This document shows positions 53,003-62,459 of a DNA stretch of 64,000 bases, one piece after another. Both the position numbers and the translations under genes were made by a program. The notes under the pieces were generated by a model. It saw only the letters and a program-made list of their open reading frames with translations, had not been told where the DNA came from and ran no database searches. How positions within the stretch are numbered: the first letter of the stretch is position 1; each line of letters starts with the position of its first letter. Source of the stretch: an uncultured Acidimicrobiia bacterium (GTDB taxonomy: Bacteria > Acidobacteriota > Vicinamibacteria > Vicinamibacterales > UBA2999); assembly GCA_963784445.1 (NCBI GenBank), contig CAWARO010000004.1, positions 597,523 through 661,522 on the forward strand. The letters are read 5' to 3'.

Positions 53003-54280
53003 AAACGCGAAAGAAAAGACGATGCCTTCCCAGGGCCCGGTGAAGAAGATAAAGAGCCACAGCGCGCCCGACAGGATGGCCGGCCACGGATAGAGCCACA
53101 TCGTGAACGGCTGCGCGATGTCGGGACGGTAGCGGCGCAGCAACACCACCGCCGCGCACTGCCAGATGAAGCGCAACAGGACCTGCACCTGGATCAGCCA
53201 GCTCACCAGCTGGCCGAGCGTAAAGAAGCAAAACGGGATCGAGACCACGGCAATGGTGATGAGCGAGACGTCTGGAAACTGTTTCGTGGGATGGACGTGC
53301 GCGAAGGCCTTGAAAAAATCGCCATCCTTCGCCGCGGCGTAAGGAATGCGGGAGTAGCCGAGAATGGTGGCGTAGAGCGATGCGGCGGCCACGAACAGGA
53401 TCAGGGCGGTCATCACGATGCCGGCGATGCGGCCGGTGGCCGGATCCGAGAACGTCCGCGCGATGAACTCCGACGCGATGGTCCGGGATTCCCTCACCTC
53501 CTGCCACGGGATCATGCCGAGAATCACGATGGTCATCAGCATGTAGAGGGCGGCGACCAGGAAGATGGAAAAAAAGATCGAGCGAGGGATGGTCTTGCCC
53601 GGATCCGTAATCTCCCCGCCAATGTTGCAGACCTGGTTGTAGCCGCCATAGCTGTACATCGCCAGCACCGAGGCGGCGCCGACACTGAGCCACAGGCCGC
53701 CGCTGCCGAAGTCGTAGGCCTCCGGAGGAAAGTCGAACGCTTGTGCCGGAGAGAAGCGAAAGAGGCCGGCGACGATCACCCAGCCGACGGTGATCAGGAC
53801 CACCACCAGCATGACCACGGCGAGACGGCCAATCTCCTCGATGTTGCGCCAGAGCAGTGCCGTGGACACCACGCACACCGCGGCGGCAATCAGGTGATGC
53901 GTCAGCGGCGGCATGGTCCAGACAAACTGCAGGTAATCCGCAAACCCAACGGCGCCGCCGGCCACGGAGAGCGGCGCGATCAGGATCGTCTGGAAGATGA
54001 AGAGGAAGGCCATCAGTCCGCCCAGGCCAAACGGCTTGAACGCTTCGCGCAGATAGAGATAACCGCCGCCACTGCCGGGCAGCGCCGCACCGAGTTGCGC
54101 ATACACGAGGCCGTCGGCGAGCGCGAGCACGAGGCCGGCGATCCAGGCGTAGATCACGTGAGGTCCGTTCATGGCAGCGACCATGAACGGAATGGTCAGA
54201 AAGGGACCCACTCCCACCATGGAGATCACGTTCGTCGCCGTGGCCTCCAACAGGCCCATCGCCCGTTTCAGCTCGGTCAC
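52928..54280 (-). CDS. APC family (amino acid/polyamine/organocation) permease
   Basis: MVGVGPF, YAQLGAALPGSGGGY, YGGY....GGE..DP.KTIP; ~12 transmembrane helices. Confidence 0.9.
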   Translation of the reverse strand: MTELKRAMGLLEATATNVISMVGVGPFLTIPFMVAAMNGPHVIYAWIAGLVLALADGLVYAQLGAALPGSGGGYLYLREAFKPFGLGGLMAFLFIFQTILIAPLSVAGGAVGFADYLQFVWTMPPLTHHLIAAAVCVVSTALLWRNIEEIGRLAVVMLVVVLITVGWVIVAGLFRFSPAQAFDFPPEAYDFGSGGLWLSVGAASVLAMYSYGGYNQVCNIGGEITDPGKTIPRSIFFSIFLVAALYMLMTIVILGMIPWQEVRESRTIASEFIARTFSDPATGRIAGIVMTALILFVAAASLYATILGYSRIPYAAAKDGDFFKAFAHVHPTKQFPDVSLITIAVVSIPFCFFTLGQLVSWLIQVQVLLRFIWQCAAVVLLRRYRPDIAQPFTMWLYPWPAILSGALWLFIFFTGPWEGIVFSFAFLLAGVVAYRLFVQRKQVGGNAVGA

Positions 54281-55576
54281 AACAAGGCACCCACGAGTTG
54301 AGCGGCTTTATCGCGAGATGGGACGAGTGGGTTCAACGCGAGTGCCTCGATGGCGTCGTTGCGATCGCCCGACAGCGCGGCGGTCACCGTGGCGCGCTCG
54401 TAGATCTTGACGCGTTCGATCAGTTCACGGGGACCAGCGGGAATCGGGCCGACGATCTGCGGGCGGGGCCCGTCTTTGTCGACGCGGCACGGCACCTCGA
54501 CGATGTCGTCGTTGTCGAGGAAGGGGAGTGTGCCGTAGTTGGCAACATCGAGCGGGATGATGGCGCCCTGGTTGTGGACGATGGCGCGCATGGTCATCAG
54601 CGCGATGCGATCGTAGCCGGACAATTCAGCCCATTGGGGCTTGGTTCTCGGCTCGTTGGTGCCGGTTTCTAAAGACATGTAACTGCCATCACGAGCCGAC
54701 AGATACTGCTCGTACCGGTGCACAGGGTGCACATCGTGCGCAGGGTGCGCAAACAAATCGGCAAAAAATTTCTCCGTCAATTGCGCGACGTGCTGGCCGC
54801 GGCTGGAGCCGGCGCGTTTCATGTTCGCGAGGGCGACGTCGGGACGGTAGTAGTAATAGAGATACTCGGTCGGCAGCAGCTTGAGCGCTCGCAGGCGCTC
54901 GGGTTCGAATAGCGGCGACCGATACGCCGACAGCAACTTCGCATCGTCGTTCCAGATGCGATGCAGCTCGCCCTTGCCTTCGAACAGCACGTCGCGCAGC
55001 CAGCCGAGATGATTGAGGCCGAAGTAATCGTACGAGCACACGCTGTGCTGGCAGGCCGAGGGCGTGGGCGGCGTCCTCGAACATCTCCATCGGCGTATCG
55101 CAAATGCCAATCAGACGCGCGTCGGTCTCTTGGTGCACGGCCTGCGTGATGATGCTGACTGGATTGGAGAAGTTGATCAGCCAGGCGCGAGGGGCGAGGC
55201 GCGCCACCATGCGGCCGTATTCGACCATGGCCGGGATGGTGCGCACCGCCATGGCAAAGCCGGCGGGCCCGACCGTCTCCTGTCCGACCACGTCGAGCGC
55301 GATCGCCGCGGCTTCATCCTTCGCGCGCTGGGCCGCGCCGCCCACCCGAATGCTGGTGATGACGAAATCGGCGCCGGCGATCGCCGACTCCGCCGTCAAT
55401 TCACTCGAGACGCGAACGCCCGGCGCCATTTGTTGCGCCAGGCCGGCGATCACGCGTTGCCGGTCGCGATCAAGGTCGAACAGGGCAACATCGGTGATGC
55501 GCAGGTCAGACCGGGCGAGACCGCCCACCAATAGTGGCACTCTCACGCCGGCCCCGCCGATGATGGCGACCTTCAG
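54277..55576 (-). CDS. Family 4 glycoside hydrolase (6-phospho-beta-glucosidase-like); frameshift near 55050, start codon uncertain
   Basis: KVAIIGGAG, GQETVGPAG, NFSNP, IGICD, GLNH, VEVPC, AL..NPLV. Confidence 0.88.
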
Positions 55577-56415
55577 ATGCCACCTGCTTTGCGGGTCGAG
55601 TCGGCACCGGCGCGATTGCCGGCCTTGAGGCATTCCTCTGGGGACTTGCCTTTCATCCAGGCCACCAGGAAGCCGGCGTTGAACGAATCACCAGCGCCGG
55701 TGGTGTCCACGGCCCTTACCTTCGGCGCCTCGACGTGGATGTCGCGGTCCGGGGCCACCCACACTGCACCGGCTTCGCCGATCTTGATGATGGTGATGGC
55801 GCGGCGCGTCCGCCAGTGGGGAAGGGTGGCCTCGAGCGTCTGCTCGCGCGTGTAGAGGCGCGCTTCGGATTCGTTGACGAAGACGAAATCAAGGGCGTCG
55901 ATGAGCTCGTAGAGCCCGCGGTCGTTGGAGAGCGGCTCGTTCCAGCCAAAGTCCCAGGAGGTTGTGATCCCTCTGGAGCGCAACTTCGTCACAATTCGCG
56001 TCCATTGGCCGCAGTCATGCGGATAAAAACAGAGATGAATGTGAGTGGCGGTTGCTTTCGGGATCACTCGCGCCAATCGGCCGTCGAGCTGCGAGTTGAC
56101 GCCGTTGTAGGTCACAAATGCGCGGTCGGCGCCGGTCGACAAGGCGGCGGTGATCGCGTGGGGTTCGCGCGGGCGTTTGAGATTGGTCACCGCAACGCGC
56201 TCCCGCTTCAATCGCGCGCAGGCGGCATCGCTGAGCGCGCTGACAAGCGTGGTCTTCATGCCGAGGCGCGCGGCCTTGACGGCGGTGATCACCGAGCCGC
56301 CGCCGATCGTCGAGGTGAAGCGATCGGTCCGCACCTCCTCGCCGAGCTCCGGCAGCCGCTCGAGGCCGACGAAGATCAGGTCTTCAAAGGCTTCGCCGGC
56401 GCAGACGAGCTTCAC
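55573..56415 (-). CDS. PfkB family carbohydrate kinase
   Basis: GGGS, VNESEA, VDTTGAGDSFNAGF. Confidence 0.92.
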   Translation of the reverse strand: MKLVCAGEAFEDLIFVGLERLPELGEEVRTDRFTSTIGGGSVITAVKAARLGMKTTLVSALSDAACARLKRERVAVTNLKRPREPHAITAALSTGADRAFVTYNGVNSQLDGRLARVIPKATATHIHLCFYPHDCGQWTRIVTKLRSRGITTSWDFGWNEPLSNDRGLYELIDALDFVFVNESEARLYTREQTLEATLPHWRTRRAITIIKIGEAGAVWVAPDRDIHVEAPKVRAVDTTGAGDSFNAGFLVAWMKGKSPEECLKAGNRAGADSTRKAGGI

Positions 56416-56431
56416 GATGCCCAGGCCACAC

Positions 56432-56983
56432 TCACGTGCTTATTCTAAGTGCGGCACCACTCAGTAACGCGATGCCGATTCCGATTCGCACGCGTTCGCC
56501 CCACGGCGTCACTTGCTCGGCGAACGTCGCGGCCGCCAGCGCCGCCATCCACCAGAGGCTCATCACGCCCACCGCCAGCGTGGTGGCCATCAGCGCCCAG
56601 CAGCAGGCGACGCAGAACAAGCCGTGGTGCAGGCCCATGCCGAAACTGCCCGCGGCGCCGTTGCGCCAGTGCACCAGGAAGTAGGTGAGCGGATTCCGGC
56701 AGTGCATCAGGCAGGCACGCTTGAGCGGCGCGAACTGGAACGCGCCGGCGGCGAGAAGGATCGCTGCGGTCGCACCTCTCGAGAGCTCGTGCGGCAGCAA
56801 TACCTGAATGCTTGCCGCGGCGAGTGAGTAGAACAGCCAGGCGGCGGCATAGCCGCCGGAAAACAGGGCAGTGTTTCCGCCCAGCCGATTGAACGCTGTC
56901 ACCCATGGCCACACGGTCGGCACCATCATCGCCGTCATCATGACGAACCACATTCCTGCCAGGGGAAGAAAGGCGTGAGTCAT
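56432..56983 (-). CDS. DUF2182 predicted metal-binding membrane protein
   Basis: MW.VMM.AMM.P, FQFAPLKRACL.HCRNP, GLFCVACCWALM. Confidence 0.88.
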   Translation of the reverse strand: MTHAFLPLAGMWFVMMTAMMVPTVWPWVTAFNRLGGNTALFSGGYAAAWLFYSLAAASIQVLLPHELSRGATAAILLAAGAFQFAPLKRACLMHCRNPLTYFLVHWRNGAAGSFGMGLHHGLFCVACCWALMATTLAVGVMSLWWMAALAAATFAEQVTPWGERVRIGIGIALLSGAALRIST

Positions 56984-57016
56984 GTAGGGATCGGGGATCA
57001 GGGATCGGGAAGTGCC

Positions 57017-57628
57017 TCAGTTTACGCGCCACTCGAAGTTCGAGAAGAGGCCGTGCGTTTGTGTGGTGTTGATCACGATCGCTTCGTCCTGGTATTCAGT
57101 GTCGCCGAGCGCGATTACCTGCGACGTGGCGTGAATCTGATTGAAGATGTTTTCGAACAACACCGGCTTCGATTTGTCGCGACCGCGGATCTGCGCGACG
57201 ACCGTTTTCAACCGATCGGCGATCGACGCGCGCTTGGTTGCGCCGTCATCGGTCATCTCGATGGTTCGATACTCGGTGGGTAGGTCCGTCGAGACGAAGC
57301 CGTGCAGCTTTTCCCACGGACCGCCGGCGCGGCCGAGCAGGATGGTCTCGAGCGCGGTCCGCTGGCCGGCGTCGGCCATAGGGTCGACGATCAGCCGCTG
57401 AGTCCAGTTGCCGTCGATCATCCGCTGCGGGGAATCAAAGACGATGAAGGCGCGCAGCCCGCGAAGCGAGACGGCGCCAAATGCGCCGTCATCGAATCGC
57501 AGCGCCCAGTAGCCCTTACAGCGCTCGTGCGTGCAGAGCTGGCTGAAGTGCATGTGCCCCGGGCAGACCAGGGTGCACATGCAGTTCTCGAAGATGAGCC
57601 CTTTGGCCCACCAGCCACGCACATCCAT
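57017..57628 (-). CDS. DUF1326 domain protein
   Basis: ENCMC..VCP....C motif, G.AGGP; usual partner of DUF2182. Confidence 0.85.
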   Translation of the reverse strand: MDVRGWWAKGLIFENCMCTLVCPGHMHFSQLCTHERCKGYWALRFDDGAFGAVSLRGLRAFIVFDSPQRMIDGNWTQRLIVDPMADAGQRTALETILLGRAGGPWEKLHGFVSTDLPTEYRTIEMTDDGATKRASIADRLKTVVAQIRGRDKSKPVLFENIFNQIHATSQVIALGDTEYQDEAIVINTTQTHGLFSNFEWRVN

Positions 57629-58155
57629 TACCGCGCGGGCGCAGCGGCCATCCGCTGCTGGCGGGCGCGGGTCAGGTGCGGGACGATGCCGATCATGCGC
57701 TCGATCAGGAAGAGCTGCGCGCGATGGTGCATCTCGTGTTCCTTCACGCCCTGCAACATCTCGAACCGCGACTTCGACGCGTTCGGCGCGGTGCACATTT
57801 CGCCAAGTTGGGCGTCGGTCATGGCGTCGAGCTGCCTGGCGAAGTTGTCGCCGTCCTTCTTCAAGGTGTCGACGATGGCGGCCTTTGAGGTCAGCGTCTT
57901 GGACTTGGCATCAATCTCACCCATCCACTTGCCGAAGTCGTCCATCCCGACCTCTGTCTTCTTCTCCACGAAGTGACACTGCTCCGCCCAGTGCGGCGAA
58001 CACGCCAGGTGCGCGAGCATCTCGCCGACGCTCATGGTGTCGGGCGCAGCGCGGAAGGAATACTTTTCCTCAGGGATGTCTTCGGCCACTTGAATCGTGT
58101 TCTTTCTTACAGTCCGAAAGCTTTCAGCGAGTTCCTTGGCGCCGTAGTAATTCAT
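57628..58155 (-). CDS. DinB/YfiT family protein
   Basis: SVGEMLAH, EHEMHHRAQL...RMIGIVP. Confidence 0.88.
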   Translation of the reverse strand: MNYYGAKELAESFRTVRKNTIQVAEDIPEEKYSFRAAPDTMSVGEMLAHLACSPHWAEQCHFVEKKTEVGMDDFGKWMGEIDAKSKTLTSKAAIVDTLKKDGDNFARQLDAMTDAQLGEMCTAPNASKSRFEMLQGVKEHEMHHRAQLFLIERMIGIVPHLTRARQQRMAAAPAR

Positions 58156-58244
58156 GAAAAACCTCGTTAGTTGAAACTTCAAGAGTTTACAGTTGAAAGT
58201 TAAGTTGCTTAGTTTCGAGTTGGAAGTTTCGGTTTCAGTTCCTT

Positions 58245-59018
58245 TTATAAGGCTAGCAATGGCCGGCCGTTGAGGGCCATCACCAACAGGCCGCCAGTCA
58301 GGGCCAGCCATAGGATGCCGACCGCGACGACCACGTTTCGGGCGGCGGCGACCCGCGTGCGGTCGAGCATGAAGCCTAGCAGAGGAAGGGCCTGCATGGC
58401 GTGCAATCCGAAGAAGTGCGCCACGCGCAAATCGCCCCGATCGGTGGACCAGTTGACGAACGGCAAACCCGGGCCGCCGTCGGGACCGGGAACCGTGTGC
58501 GCGTCGTTGCCGACGATCAGCGTCCCTTGCAGGCTGGCCAGCACGAACATCGCCACGCCGAAACGAACACCCCATAAGTAACCGGCCCGGCTGGGCGGCG
58601 TGTCGCGGCGGATGATGAAGAGGAACAGCGTCATGGCCAGGGTGTTGAACACCACGCCCATCCCCATGATGCCGAACACCATATCGTCGAAGGCGGTGTC
58701 GTGGTTGAAGTGCGAGGTGACGCCGCGCGCGGATTGCATGATGATGCAGACGATCTCGACCATCATCGCCGTGGCGATCGTCCATCGCACGACAGCGCGG
58801 GCGAGAGGTTTTGGCGCGGTGTCGGGCATGAACCACGCCACGGTCCAGAGGAAGACGGCGATCGAGGTCATGAACTTCATCGGCTTGATCCACGGGTTGA
58901 TGCCGAGAATCTGGCGCGTGTCGCCGATTGAGATCAAGGTCACGACCAGCAGCATGAGGAGCATCGCGGCTCCCGCCCAGAACAGCAGCGCGTCGCGGTG
59001 ACGAAGCTCCGAAATCAC
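58245..59018 (-). CDS. Conserved membrane protein (partner of ABA4-like gene)
   Basis: PWIKPMKF, QSARGVTSHFN, GDLRVAHFFGLHAMQ. Confidence 0.75.
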   Translation of the reverse strand: MISELRHRDALLFWAGAAMLLMLLVVTLISIGDTRQILGINPWIKPMKFMTSIAVFLWTVAWFMPDTAPKPLARAVVRWTIATAMMVEIVCIIMQSARGVTSHFNHDTAFDDMVFGIMGMGVVFNTLAMTLFLFIIRRDTPPSRAGYLWGVRFGVAMFVLASLQGTLIVGNDAHTVPGPDGGPGLPFVNWSTDRGDLRVAHFFGLHAMQALPLLGFMLDRTRVAAARNVVVAVGILWLALTGGLLVMALNGRPLLAL

Positions 59019-59446
59019 GCTCCCTCCACGATGAGCGCGCGGGTCTTGGCGGTGCGGATCGCGAAGTAGAACAGCAGGCCAATCGGGCCGAGCATGAAGG
59101 TCATCAGCAGGGATGGAATCATCAGAAGGTGCGCGATGCCGTGCCGCTGGGAATCACGGATCTCCCAGCCGCCGATGAACAGATCGAACGCGAGGTAATG
59201 GATCCAGCCGGCCAGCAGCAGCTCCGGTTTCTGGAACAGCTTGGCGACATCAGCCAGTGAGCCAAAGCCGCCTTCGGCGCCTTGCAGGTGCAGCGCGATA
59301 AGAATGAGATAACCGGCGGAGAGCAGCAGCGGAATGACGACGCCGGAGACGAGCCTGGCGATGTTGTGGCGAGGAAGAATCACGAGCAGCAGCCAGCCCG
59401 CCATGGCGAGCAACCCCGCCATGGAAAAGAGTTGCTCTATATCCAT
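59015..59446 (-). CDS. ABA4-like (DUF4281) membrane protein
   Basis: GGFGSL, GWIHYLAFDLFIG, LMTFMLGPIGLL. Confidence 0.88.
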   Translation of the reverse strand: MDIEQLFSMAGLLAMAGWLLLVILPRHNIARLVSGVVIPLLLSAGYLILIALHLQGAEGGFGSLADVAKLFQKPELLLAGWIHYLAFDLFIGGWEIRDSQRHGIAHLLMIPSLLMTFMLGPIGLLFYFAIRTAKTRALIVEGA

Positions 59447-59520
59447 GGCGGGAAGTGTAACGGGAGCCGGGAGCCGGGAGCCGGGAATCGGAAAAGCTCT
59501 TACTGATCCCTGATCCCCGA

Positions 59521-62355
59521 TTACCGTTGCGCGCTTGTCGTGGTCGTCATGCCCGTTCCGGCGGGAGCCGCGGTTCCGTAGTAGATCCCGTTGAACAGGA
59601 ACTTGAACGTGCCGTGCGGTTGCGCGCGGAAGGTGATCTCGGGTCCGAGCAGGAAGACCTTGCCCTTGCCGATCTTGGCTTCTGCTACCGCAACGCCATC
59701 TTCGAGGTAATGCTGGCCCCACGCCCATCCGGAGCGCAGGCTATCCTTGCCGGCAAACCAGGCGACCGGCCGCACGCCGTTCATCGCCGCGCTCGGCGAG
59801 AGGTGCATCACCGGGCTGTTGTCGAACATCACGTCGACCTGCTTCTCGAAGCCGTAGGCCAGCGGACTGGTGTTGTCGACCGCCACCTTCAAGAGCGATC
59901 CCGGGATGTAGTACTTGTCGCGCGGGAGCGCGCGCTCGGCGCCGGCGCTCGTCATCTCGACGAGGTGATCACCGATCGGCAATCCAAGGTGATGACCGAG
60001 CACCGCGGAGCCGCCGTAAGCGACGATGGCACCGCCTTCTTCAGCGAATTTCTTCAGCTGGGGCACGGTCTTGTCGATGGTGACGCGGCCGAGATGACCG
60101 CGGAATTCAGCCGGGAGATCTTCCGGATTCGGCGGGCGACCGCCGCCGCCGAAGCCGCCGCCACCGCCCGCAGTTTCGGGAATGCCGCCGTCGGGAAAGA
60201 TCAGCACGTCGAACTTCGCCTTGAGGTTGCCGGCATCGAGCGTCTGCGGGAACACGCGCTCGAAGTCGAACTGGTACTGCTCGAGCAGCCAGCGCGTCCA
60301 CCCTGACGGCATCGAGCCGCCATACATGTCCCACAGGCCAATGCGCGGCTTGGTGAGGCGCTGCGTGGCGCCTGAGGGACGCTGCGTGACGGCGGTGAAG
60401 TTCAAGCCGAGATCAGCAGCGGCCTTGGTGAGCACCGCGCTCGTGCTCGGCTTGGCGGTGATGAAGATCACGCCCGTGCCGTCGGTGCTCTGATAGCTGC
60501 GATCGGCCACGAAGAACACTTCCTCGTTCGCCTTCAGCAACCGGTTGACGGCAATGAACGCGTCGTTCTGGTTGTGCGGGACGACGTAGCCGACGGCGCC
60601 GGCGGCTTCGGTGACCTTGCCTGGCGCCGGCTTCTGCAAGCCGGCGACCTTCTCGAACGGACCATCGAAGCCGTCGAGCACGCGATCGAACTTCACGCCC
60701 ATCTGGTACGCGAGCGTCCAGCCGGCGTTGTCGTACGGCGGAATCGGCGGGCCACCGGGGAACTGGAAGTCGTTCGGGTGATCCTGCGGCTCGAACATGT
60801 CGAGCACCTGCGGGCGGAACGCCTGCGCCGTCTTCACCACCCACGAACCGGCGGGATACTGCTTGCCGCCGGCGCTGAACGCCGCGGTGGCGCGGTGAAT
60901 CGTGACCCCGTTCTTGATCAGCGCGTTGACGAACTTCGTGGCGGTCAGGAAGTCCGCCTGATTCGCCGGAATGATGTAGCCGCGCGGATCGCGCCACTCG
61001 GGCTTCTTCGCGAGCTTCTCGTACTGCGCCAGCGGCACGGTGTTCTGGGCGCGGCCGCCGGCGATCATCCGCGGATCGCCCGCATCCACCTTCTGGCTCT
61101 TCGCGATCTCGTCCTTGATAGCCTGCAGACGCCGCGGATACATCGTCCAGGTGTCTTTCGAGCCCCTGTCGATGCTGTCCTTGCCCATCTTGTAGATGTT
61201 GTAGAGGAAGATCTCGCGGTTGCGCGACGCCACGTCGAGCACCGCCCAGTTCGCGGTGATCGAGTACTCGATGGACTGGCGGAAGTGCCACTTCTGCGGC
61301 TCGATCGGGAACGGCAGATCGGCGCTCGCCATCTGGCGATCCGGAACGAAGGCCACTTCCATGGGCGTCGGATGGCCGATCGATTCGGTGAGCAGGCCGA
61401 TCATGTTGTGGAAGTACGGCGACGTGCGCAGTCCGCCGTTCCACCACGTCGAGTAATTCGCGCCGCGGCGCATCGTGGCCCCGGGCTTGTTCTCGGCGAC
61501 GAATCGGTTGTGCATCGCCGAGCCCACCACGTCGAGGCCGGTGATGATCAGCGGGTGATAGACGTAGTTGGCCGGATCGCGGAAGGGCGGCGCGAAGAGG
61601 ATCGTGCCCGTGGGTCCGGTCTGGTGATGGTTGTAAATAATCTGCGGGAACCACTCGTGATAGAGCTGCTGGTTGATGTTGATCGACTCGGCCTGCGCGG
61701 ACATGTAGAAGTCGCGGTTGTTGTCGTGGCCGATGTACTTCTGATAGAGCCGCGGCAGATTCGAGGTCTCGCGCTTCAGCCGATCCTCGTGACGCATGTA
61801 CCAGTTCGACACCAGCTCCATGCCATCCGGGTTGACGTGCACGGCGAGGATGATCACATCGCGGAGGAACCGCATCGTTTCGGGATCGGTCTTGCTCACC
61901 AGCTGATAGATGGTCTCGGTGAGCTGCTGCGCGCCGAGCACTTCGGTGGCGTGCAGGCCGCCGTCGATCCAGACCACGGCCTTGCCGTCGCGGGCGAGGG
62001 CGCGCGCCTGGTCTTCGGTGAGGCCCTCAGCCAGCGCGAGGCGGCGTGAGATGTCCTTGTACTTCTGCAGGTTCTTGTGGTTCTCGGGCGAGGTGATGAT
62101 CGCCATCAGCTGATCGCGGCCCTCGGCGGTCTTGCCGATCGACTGGGTGGTCATACGATCGGATTCGGCGTCGAGCTTCTTCACGAACTCGGTGAACTTC
62201 GTGTAATTCGGCAGCACGTAATCGGCGCCGATCTCGTGACCGAAGAACTGTTGCGGAGTGGTGACCTTTGGAGCGGGCGCCTGCGCAGACGGCGCGGCGA
62301 GCGCAACGGTCAATGCCAGGACGATAACGGTGAAACGGCGGAGCTTCAGGTGCAT
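59521..62355 (-). CDS. M14 zinc carboxypeptidase-family secreted protein
   Basis: IGKTAEGR, GGLHATE, NPDG, GHDNNRD, YNHHQ. Confidence 0.88.
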   Translation of the reverse strand: MHLKLRRFTVIVLALTVALAAPSAQAPAPKVTTPQQFFGHEIGADYVLPNYTKFTEFVKKLDAESDRMTTQSIGKTAEGRDQLMAIITSPENHKNLQKYKDISRRLALAEGLTEDQARALARDGKAVVWIDGGLHATEVLGAQQLTETIYQLVSKTDPETMRFLRDVIILAVHVNPDGMELVSNWYMRHEDRLKRETSNLPRLYQKYIGHDNNRDFYMSAQAESININQQLYHEWFPQIIYNHHQTGPTGTILFAPPFRDPANYVYHPLIITGLDVVGSAMHNRFVAENKPGATMRRGANYSTWWNGGLRTSPYFHNMIGLLTESIGHPTPMEVAFVPDRQMASADLPFPIEPQKWHFRQSIEYSITANWAVLDVASRNREIFLYNIYKMGKDSIDRGSKDTWTMYPRRLQAIKDEIAKSQKVDAGDPRMIAGGRAQNTVPLAQYEKLAKKPEWRDPRGYIIPANQADFLTATKFVNALIKNGVTIHRATAAFSAGGKQYPAGSWVVKTAQAFRPQVLDMFEPQDHPNDFQFPGGPPIPPYDNAGWTLAYQMGVKFDRVLDGFDGPFEKVAGLQKPAPGKVTEAAGAVGYVVPHNQNDAFIAVNRLLKANEEVFFVADRSYQSTDGTGVIFITAKPSTSAVLTKAAADLGLNFTAVTQRPSGATQRLTKPRIGLWDMYGGSMPSGWTRWLLEQYQFDFERVFPQTLDAGNLKAKFDVLIFPDGGIPETAGGGGGFGGGGRPPNPEDLPAEFRGHLGRVTIDKTVPQLKKFAEEGGAIVAYGGSAVLGHHLGLPIGDHLVEMTSAGAERALPRDKYYIPGSLLKVAVDNTSPLAYGFEKQVDVMFDNSPVMHLSPSAAMNGVRPVAWFAGKDSLRSGWAWGQHYLEDGVAVAEAKIGKGKVFLLGPEITFRAQPHGTFKFLFNGIYYGTAAPAGTGMTTTTSAQR

Positions 62356-62371
62356 CCGCCGAGTATAAGTG

Positions 62372-62427
62372 AACCTGCTTCCGTTTTACGGTTTGCGTAA
62401 GACGGAAGCAAAAGGGAAGCAGGTTCC
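62372..62427. terminator. Stem-loop between amidase and M14 genes
   Basis: gaacctgcttcc...ggaagcaggttc 12-bp inverted repeat with an alternative inner ggaagca arm. Confidence 0.45.
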
Positions 62428-62459
62428 CTTTTACGGCGAACGTAAGCTCGTGATGAGAG

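Noticed and set aside
1590-55050. About 14 frameshifted genes as pseudogenes or programmed frameshifts (~1590, 6780, 13780, 19400, 20970, 30605, 31670, 36030, 37880, 43222, 45630, 50370, 52630, 55050)
   Set aside because: Each looks like a single-base indel in an otherwise intact gene, without in-frame stops or a shared slippery motif; the even density fits long-read assembly error. Raw reads would settle it.
55560-55633. Non-canonical (CTG) start for the GH4 gene
   Set aside because: No ATG/GTG directly precedes KVAIIGG, but given the indel rate a sequencing error at the kinase stop/GH4 start overlap is as likely; cannot be decided here.
23183-59520. CRISPR array
   Set aside because: No 25-45 bp repeats with unique, regularly sized spacers and no cas genes; the tandem repeats are 5-21 bp without spacers.
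2987-62049. Long antisense or overlapping ORFs (e.g. 2987..4108, 12501..13970, 16575..17948, 19802..21412, 48446..49942, 60574..62049)
   Set aside because: Shadow ORFs expected at high GC opposite well-supported genes; Arg/Ala-rich with no motifs.
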